DNA of 64,000 nt, from the NCBI RefSeq assembly GCF_009914755.1, contig NC_060926.1, one strand, 5' to 3'. Under the pieces are notes generated by a model. The model was not told the origin of the DNA. It did not search any database and saw nothing but the letters and a program-made list of their open reading frames with translations. Below, piece by piece: positions 54,101 through 64,000 of the stretch. The translations under genes and the position numbers were made by a program. Numbering within the stretch: the stretch's first letter is position 1; each line of letters opens with the position of its first letter. Source of the stretch: the human T2T-CHM13v2.0 reference genome, Homo sapiens.

Positions 54101-57100
54101 ATATTAAATTGAAAGTTTAAATCTTCCCAGGCATGTGGTCAATTGTTGATGCAAAATTCGTTATTTGATAGTTTCTGTCAATGCATTCTGTACCTTTACC
54201 ACGTTTTATAATATCGCTCACAATATCTAGTCACGGCTGACCTGATTAAGTGGTGAATACGAGAATTAAAACTCAAACAGCACAGTGAGAGACATGATTC
54301 ACAATCCTATCACCTCACAGCAATACTGACATATAATGCATGCATCATGCAGAAAATTCACTTACACATTGAAGATCTACAATCTAGGTACATGGTTATG
54401 TTATTACTTTCATTATTTTGCTTGGTTGCAGTTTTGAGCAATGCATATTCTTGTTTTTGAACCTACAACCATACTTATGCTGTGTTTTAATTCCTGTAAC
54501 TGTGATTCTCTTAGGCTGTGTTCTTTTGTTCTGGATTACTGGGAGTATTAGCTCTCTGAAGGCAAAGAGTGCTTAGAACCACCAAGGACAATAACTTTAG
54601 TGTTCAAATATCAACAGTATTTTGTTGTTGAAAAGGGTACTCATAGAAAATCCATTAGGATTGGACATCAAGTAAGCATTCCTTCAGAGAGTATCATAAA
54701 ATTTGTGTCAGAACAATTGAAGAAATGTTGTAAACTAATAACTAACAAACCAGGAAATCAGATTGGAAAGCACATTTAAGCAGTTGATAAAACTAATTAA
54801 TTATATTCAAGATTATTCAAGATTTATGGGGGAATCAAATATATGGCTATTAAATGTAGTATATTACAATATGAAACATAGATATTAGCTGGGAATACTA
54901 TGGAGAAATTAAATTTTACCATGGCTATGACTATAGTACTACACAAAGGCAGTTATGATTAAACTACAGCATTACTCAAAGTCTAGAGGACAGCTAAGTT
55001 TCTAATCTTTTTTGATTTATGAAAGAAAGTTTATAATCCAATTAAGTTTTGTTCTTTATTGAATTTTCAGAAAGTTAATGAATACATATAACAGCTCTAT
55101 TAATTTCTTTAAAGTTCATTTTCTCTGCTTGAAAAAATTGTATAGCTTTTATGAGGTAATATATCTAGAAACATTATTAAGTGATTAAAAACATCATAAT
55201 ATAAAATGTTTTAATGTATGTTTTAATTAGGCCTGTTACCTCCTGGGATAAAATTAAAGTTTATAAAATTCTTGAGTTGTATCACTTTCTTTGGCCATGC
55301 TAGAATACATCTAAATATGCACTGATTTATTTCATATTAATGAATGCAAAGCATTGAAGATATTTACATTTCTTTACAAAAGTGTGTTAGTTTCCATTTG
55401 TTTCTCTTTTTTTTCTCTGTTGCAAATGGGCCTTCTGGATGGAAGATAAAGGTTATTTTTTTTCCTGTTTCTTCCAGATTCATTTAACTTCTTTTTGATT
55501 TGTGTCCCTTACTAGAATCCATCACATCTCTTGTTCTGCAATGAAATAATAAAGATGGAGCATACCCAATTCTCATAGAGACACTCCAGGGGTATTTCCT
55601 TCTTTTGCTTAGTTGTATAAGCTTATATTGTATCCTCACAATATTACACAATATTAAGCTTGTACAACTCAATTTAACATATTGACAGACGAATGTCAAT
55701 ATGTCAATTTAACATATTGACAGAATAATAAACAAATTTTCAAGATTCTGAAAAGTGTTGCTTCTCTGCTGACTATGAACAAGTAATTGGCTTAATTTCT
55801 GGATTAGAAAAGAGATGTTTTGTCTTTTCTTGGAGATCTCTCACCTGCCAAACAATTTTTATTTATGTACTCATTCTTACACAGTTCCTCAGGGAAGAAA
55901 ATTAATGCCTGTTTTCATTAGTTAGATACTTCATTTGCTTCTTAGGTAAAGAGGTACATTTTCTTTTCTTTACAGAAGTTTGTAATACCAGATACAAACA
56001 GGTAACATTGTCTTATAAATCACAATAAATAAAGGACTAGCTTTGACACTGATTCATATCTCTTATGTTACTACAGAGTGCAGAGTTAAAGATGAGGGAC
56101 AATCAGAATTACTATCATGGCTATGATCTCACTTATTGTGTAATGTAGACAGTATGCATCTATAAAGGATACATTAACTAGGATTGCTGGAGATGAAAAA
56201 TTTGGTTTCCTCTTAAAGAACTGTATGCATGCAGTCCTCAAGTTAGAAAAACATTTATCAGAAGACCTGACATGCATTTTTTTGTCCTCCTAAATGGATA
56301 TCCATTAAGAATAGTTCTTAATATTATATTCCATGACCAATTTTTTTCAAATACTTCAAATACCTACAAACTAAAGATTAAATATTCGTGATAATTTACT
56401 TATACTTTAAACAAAATTTCATGTTTAATTGGAATGTTATATAAATTATAAATATATTTAACTTCATTACATAATGTCTAAGGGTGATCTAACTAAATAT
56501 TTTTGGGACTTAAAAAATTCTATAGTTATATTAAATGGTCAATGAAATGTTTGTTTATGGGTCAGCATCATAGTTACAAGTAAACAATGGTAAATTGGCA
56601 AAATTGAGATTTATTACATATACAACTTTTGGCTTAAGTGAAAAGTTCACCTCATGGGTACTATTGCTCATTGATTTTCCATATAAGGCAGGTTTCCTTA
56701 GATAAAAATTTTCAAGTTGTAATATGAGCCAATCAGAACTCAGTGAATGAAGAGAAGGTGCACATTTAATGAGTCACATCACTGGAAGTTAACAGACGTA
56801 CCTATTTTTCCAAAAGCAGATAATCTTTTGGCAATTGAGAACTTTGATCACAGCAAAGTGTTAACACAATAATTAATCACATTTTTCTTAGTCCAAGATC
56901 AGTAGGCAAATACTCTAAGACATAAGCTAAAAGCCATGTAAATAACAAATTTTATAATTATTTTTGTTAGTTTCATTTAGAAGAAACTCACAAATTCTGA
57001 ATTAAATACTGTGTATAAATAAACAAGATGACAGTTACAGTCACTGAAACACTTGAGTGCATAATTTTCTGCACTGAGATCTCATTTAGTGTTGTATCAA

Positions 57101-57580
57101 ATTTTATTAGGCAAAGCTGAAGGGAGAATTAACTTGAATTGCAAAAAATCTTCTTTTTCAGAAGAAGGAAAGTAACTGTCAAATACATAAAGGACAACCG
57201 GGCCATCAGCTGTTTTTAAACTTCTGGAAATAAGTAGGGGCTAAAACGTTCCTTTTGATGTAATTTGTAAGTAAGGGATCTGGTTTCCAGAGAGATTTTA
57301 TTTAAACCCAAACACTGGTTTAAATATTCTTAAATGCAACACTGTTAAGCATATATACTTTTCTCCTAAACAGTATAAGTGCAATTTAGGAGAAAATGGA
57401 AACTTGAGAATAAAAAATAGAGCAAGCACAGGCTTCACATATGATACCATACTCTAATAATTTTTGAAATTATATGCTGGCATTCATTTTTTAAAGCAGG
57501 ATTCTCTTCTTCATAATCTACCAGCTCACTAAATAATGCTATTCCTCTCAATGAAAAATACACGCCTTTGCAAGTTCCTA

Positions 57581-57790
<210 letters not shown>

Positions 57791-57894
57791 TTAAAAAGAG
57801 AAGGAGTTCCTCCAAAAGAACCTGTCAAAATGATTCTTGGAAGAGGAGTGGTGGTTGGGTTGATCCACAGCCCAGTGTCTTGAAGATGGACCCA

Positions 57895-58105
57895 GAGTGT
57901 TAAACGGCATAAGGGCATGCATATATATTTCACTTAGTGCCTAATAGAATCTTGACACATGCGGCTGGATTGGACAGTTCTCTAGTCAAGGGGGATGGCA
58001 TTCCGGCTCAGACTATAAATGGAATCTAAAGGGTCAGGGCTTCATCAATTTTTTTTAACTCTCTTTCCTTTTTTTCTCCCCCCCCCACCTCCATATATAA
58101 AGGAG
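57895..58105 (-). promoter_or_regulatory. MLC1f promoter
   Basis: TATA-like AAATATATAT 57921-57930, CCAAT 57969-57973, MCAT-like CATTCC 57999-58004, CArG-like CCATTTATAG 58013-58022, all directly upstream of exon 1. Confidence 0.8.
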
Positions 58106-60149
58106 AAAGATATATGACAAAGCCAGCTTCAGATCCTTTGGTGACAGTGAGGTAGATTGACTGTACTTTTTCTTGGTAGAATTACAGTTCTGCTGAAGTT
58201 GTAAATCTTTTTTTCCCACCTTGCCTAAGAGACTTTACTGAAGGATTCCATTTCAACTTGGAATTTTGGCAGGGAGTATCACCAACTTTCACACAGCTCC
58301 TTTGCTCATGCTCCTCCCCCCTTGCCATAATTTGCAAGGAAATGTTGGTCAGCAAAGAGGTGGTGGTGGTTAAAAATAAAAAAGCAGACGTATAAGGAAA
58401 GCCCATCATGTCTTAAAGTGGCTTCCCTTCTAGGGAGCACAGACTCTGGCACTCTTTCTCTCCTTTAATTGTAGTGAATTCTATGCCAAAAAACTTCAAC
58501 ATGACTTCCTATAATTTAATTTTCTTTGTATAATTTAATGAAGCATATCAAATGGATGGAAATGACAGCAAGATTTACCTTCTTGCAAAACAACTTTTCT
58601 AATAGTAAAGTAGCTTCCAAGAAAAGTAGATACTTATAGATATTTATTTTCTAAATGGTGTAAAGTCTAATTATTTATCACATAAATCTTTTGTCCATAC
58701 TAGAGAGACAAAATACATTTTTAGAGACATAAAGAGAGAGAAGAACTTTAATTATCAACACTGTGCAAGTTGTGGTAACTTGAAAGTTTTTCCTTTTCTG
58801 TCCTTGGTTTCCTCAGTTTGCAAGGCTAGACTCATATCGAGAAATTTAAGACCACCAATGGGCACTTTATAACTTTGTATGTGGTAAATTCTGCCAGAGA
58901 GGGGGTTACAATTAGTAATCAGTTATTTCTCAGTCCCACTCTCATCTCTGTTGTTTTAACTTGTGAGATATTTAATTAATGAGTAGTTATTAACCAGTTT
59001 AAAAAAATAGTTTGGGTTTTAAAAGAGCACATTTATACATTTTATATATATAAAGGATATATATACAAACACACATATGTTTACTGTATGTGTATATATA
59101 CATATATACATTTACTGTATGTGTGTATATATACATCCATACATGTGTACAAATGTATGTGTAAATACACACATATTCTAATTGTTAAATATAGTTGTGT
59201 TTAAAGATACAGATTAATTAGCCACTTTCTTGGGTCTGATATAAAAGCATTCACCAACTTGGAGAAGGTCACTATTTCTGTCCATATATTACAACTAAGC
59301 AAGATTAAGACTCTCAGATCAGAAATAATTCACCTAAGTTACAATTGACCCACAGTTAATCAGTCTCCTTTTTCACATGGTGGCACGATCTACTGAATTA
59401 TATTATCCATGTATATTACAGGAAAAACATTTTGATAGCTCCCTCCTTTGTTTCCCCATATCAAGGACTCAATCATTATCTAAATTTAGCTGCTGATACT
59501 CATTTTTTACATACAGGACAGTCAGAAGAATCTGAACATATTTTACCTAGAATACTGTCTCATATTTAAATAATCAGGATAGATTTTTAAAATAATGCTA
59601 TGTTTATAACAGAAATACCTTCATAAATAGCAGAAATTTGTTCACCAGTTTTCCTTTGGATCATTCAAAGATAGATTGGGATTTTCTGCAATTACTGAGA
59701 GATAGATATATCTTGCTTTAACTCATAGTTTTTATCAATACTTTGTTTCATGTGCACAAATCCCTTAAAATCTGTGACAAGGTTAAACAGATAAAGGAGA
59801 TTTATGTGTTCTGGGCAAAAATATTTTTGTCTTCCTTGCATTTGGAAAATAAATTAAAACAATATAAAATATATTAATCCATATGTTTTATCCACTCACT
59901 CAACATATGTTTTACATTACTAATGTCACCAATGATCTTGGTTTTAAAAACTCAAATACCCCGAATTGAAATAGGAACACTTTATTTCATAACATGAAGG
60001 GAAATTGTCTGATTCTACTATATACCTAAATCCCTTTGTGTTATTAACTATATATATTACTGATATATGAATGCACAGAGGAAAATATGTTGGTATAGAA
60101 TTTTTTTCTCAAAGTAGAAATCACAAAGGCAAAGTACCATTCTTAACAT

Positions 60150-61000
<851 letters not shown>

Positions 61001-63859
61001 AAACAACCAAGAACTAAAACAAACGACAACAACAACAAAAATGTAGAAAATCTGAAACTTCAAAGAAAAGAGGTGTAAGATCTTATTCCTAATCAACGTT
61101 CTTTGTGTTTTGGGTCAGGTATATTATAGAAGGAAAGTCTAAAAATATTCACAATTTATAGCACTGAGGTCTTTTTGAAATGGTTGATCCTATTGGGCAC
61201 AATGTATATGTATGTCACATAGGCATTATTAGTTACATAGAAATTACATGTGGAGAACAAATTTAGAGGTGTTCTGAAGCTATGATCATGAGTAACTTAA
61301 TATGATAATCAGAACAAAATGAAATTTCTCTTGACATGCCCCCTCCTTTTTATAGTGCTGTGTGACAGGACTTACTTGTAAGGAGAAAAAAGGGCAACAG
61401 CTGAGGATTCATGTTCTTGGTGACAGCTGACATGCTCTGTGTCCGGATCTTCCAAGTATTCCTCATACTTAACTGTACCATTTGCTGTATAAGTTTTTTC
61501 AGATACCAAAGTGCAGGGAATGGCAAAAGGAAAAAAAAATTGCTAAAAGTGGTCTATTATAGTCTATCTCTAATCCATTGTGCTTCTTTTGCCACGTAGC
61601 CAAGCTTTGCCACGTTATTAACCTGTTTCTTGAATGATGGTATAAGTTTTTAGGTTCTTTGGGCTAAGATAAAATAATTATTTTCTATTTGGAAATGTTG
61701 GGCCTGGGAAATGAGAGCGACCAATATTTTTCCTTCATTTCACTGACCAGGCAACCACAGGCATTTACTCATTCCACACATATTTCTCACCTACTATATG
61801 CTAGGCATTAGGATTACTGGTTGAACAAGATGAATTTGGTTCTTGTTCTCTTGGAGAACTGAGATATTTGAAAGAGGATATAAACTGGGAATATGCAAAC
61901 ACGGGAGTTGGAATAACTGACTTGTAGGCATTGGCAAAGGTCTCCTTAAGGAAGGGATAATTGGGTTGGGAACCACAGGAAGAGAGGAATTTATAGGCGA
62001 AGGGGCAGGGGGAAGAGAATTTCAAGCAAAAGAAGCAGCAGTGTACAAGGCACCTTACAGTATTAAGGAGATATTAAACCAAGTTAGAAAAAAAAATGTA
62101 AAAGAGCATAAAATTACAAAGTAGGTTAAAAGTGGCTGCATCAATTGTCCTTCCTGCCACCCCACAAAAAGATTGATCTCTCTCTAGATATATAAAATTT
62201 AAAAATTCATCTTCTGTGTCTGCAAACTATAGTAGAAATTCCTTCTATCCAGAGGACTGCAATAGCAAGTAGGTGACAGCAAACTTTACAAAATATTGAG
62301 AGAGCAAAGTGCATAATGAAATTTATCTGCTTTTATAATACTCTTATGAAGAAGGAGGAGTTAGGAAATGTTGCCACTTTGTAATGGAAACACTGAAGAG
62401 AGACATTGATCAGAAATTCAATGTGTATTTCTTGCTTTCTATCAATCATTTTGCCCAAGTTGAAATTTTTGTGTGCTCCTTGCAGGAATAATTCCTTAAA
62501 AACATAGATACTTATTTTATATTTTCTTAAATATTGGAACAATTAAAAGTGTTTAATAAAGTCTTGTTGAATTAGAATTGAATTTGTTGCCATAAGGCCT
62601 TTATACATTCCTGAAGAAAAGGGAATGCTGGGTAATTAAGTACTTAGCACAATAATTGTGAAATTTTGAAGTTTGTAGTATGAAATGGCTTTTTCATTTT
62701 TGTGAGTTTTTTTGATATAATGAGGTACTATATTAGGTTTAAAGGCTTGTATTAATTCACTTTGTCATAGAGCAAAATAAGAATTTAAGTGTGTGAATTA
62801 ACATGTGTGTGTCTGTGTGTGCATACTTGTGTTAATAGTTATTTCTGAGTGGTAGAATTATGAGTTAATTTTATTTGCTAATCTATATTTTTATTTTTCT
62901 TCTGTGACTACACTTTGCTTATACAATAAATAAATAATAAAATAAAAAAGTTAAAAAGCCAACAATAAAGATTAAATATGAGCACAACCATATGTAAAAG
63001 CCAACTTGTCAAACCTTCAATTAAGACTCAGGATTTTTTCCCCTTACATTTACATAAATCAGTTCATGTGTGTATGATATCTACTTGAAAACTTTCCAAT
63101 AGTAAGCAGTTGAAGTAAGTGGCTTTCACATTATTTAACGACACCACAGTTCCTCCTCTAGATTTGGGCCCTAAGTTGACACATCCACTATCTCCAATAA
63201 TTTGCTTACCAAAGTTCTTCGGTCAGCTAAGGTTTATTTCCTCCCCTGAGCTGTCTGTAAGTCACAATCCACATTTGGTGGATGAGATCTATATAGAAAC
63301 TATGTCTTCTTATTGGCTTTTTCCCCCTTAACAAATTGAGTAAAAAGTAGAGTTCATGGTTCTGAATCTCCCAAGCCCTAATAAGTAGCATTTATTAGAC
63401 CACACATTTTTCCAATTTCAACTTGCCTCAAGAATCAGGCTGCATTTGTGATTGATTCAGAGAATAATTATGGAGTTCATAAAGCCCAACCTCAAAGCTA
63501 AAGCAAATAGTAGGTGGTTGAATTATTTTTCTATTAGTATATTGATTTAGTGAGATCTGGTTTACGTCTAGCTACTAGCTGTGTGACTACTGACAATTAT
63601 TTTAGCTTCAGAGAGGCTTAAATACAAAATTAGAGGAATGGATAGGGTAAGATCCCAGCATCTCATTTTTACTGCAAAGTTCTATGGTTTTTGCTTTTTG
63701 AAAAGTATATTATTAGTGGCCATCTGTTGAGGGTTAACGTATTCCATGTCCTTTAATCCCCACAACAATTCTGAGGTAGGTATTATTTCACTTTATGGAT
63801 AAAAAGACTCAGAGGTAAAGTTACATGCTAGTTACCCACAGTAAAAGTGTTAAAAACAA

Positions 63860-64000
63860 GCCAGCCGTGGTGTGCACACCCATAGTCCCAGCTACTTGAA
63901 GGGAGGCTGAGGCAAGAGGATCGCTTGAGCTTAGGAGTTGGAGGCTGCAGTGAGTCACGATTGTTCCACTGCAGTCTAGCCTGGGCAACAGAGTGAGACC
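63860..64000 (+). mobile_element. Alu monomer/right arm, runs off window end
   Basis: Alu consensus. Confidence 0.85.

Noticed and set aside
58091-58103. CCATATATAAAGG as a CArG box
   Set aside because: Nine A/T bases between CC and GG rather than six; at best a degenerate site.

Overview
Primate (most likely human) genomic DNA containing the whole fast skeletal myosin essential light chain gene MYL1 (MLC1f/MLC3f) on the minus strand, ~57.9 kb down to ~32.85 kb. Nine exons with GT-AG boundaries can be read. Two promoters give MLC1f (exons 1,4,5-9; 585 nt CDS, 194 aa) and MLC3f (exons 2,3,5-9; 453 nt CDS, 150 aa). The known MLC1/3 3' muscle enhancer (three E-boxes plus MEF2) is visible at ~31.18-31.32 kb. 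Positions 1-31 kb are repeat-rich intergenic DNA: a 5'-inverted L1PA, a truncated L1PA, a near full-length old L1MA, MaLR/ERVL LTRs, many Alus and a Y1 RNA pseudogene. Almost all other ORFs in the track are repeat-derived or chance. I see no wholly new gene system. The best leads are a 68-nt near-perfect hairpin in MYL1 intron 5, a candidate upstream myogenic enhancer at ~61.4 kb, a possible stop-free exon 6-7 circRNA, and several locally templated insertion/fold-back scars. Repeat boundaries and subfamilies are by eye and approximate.
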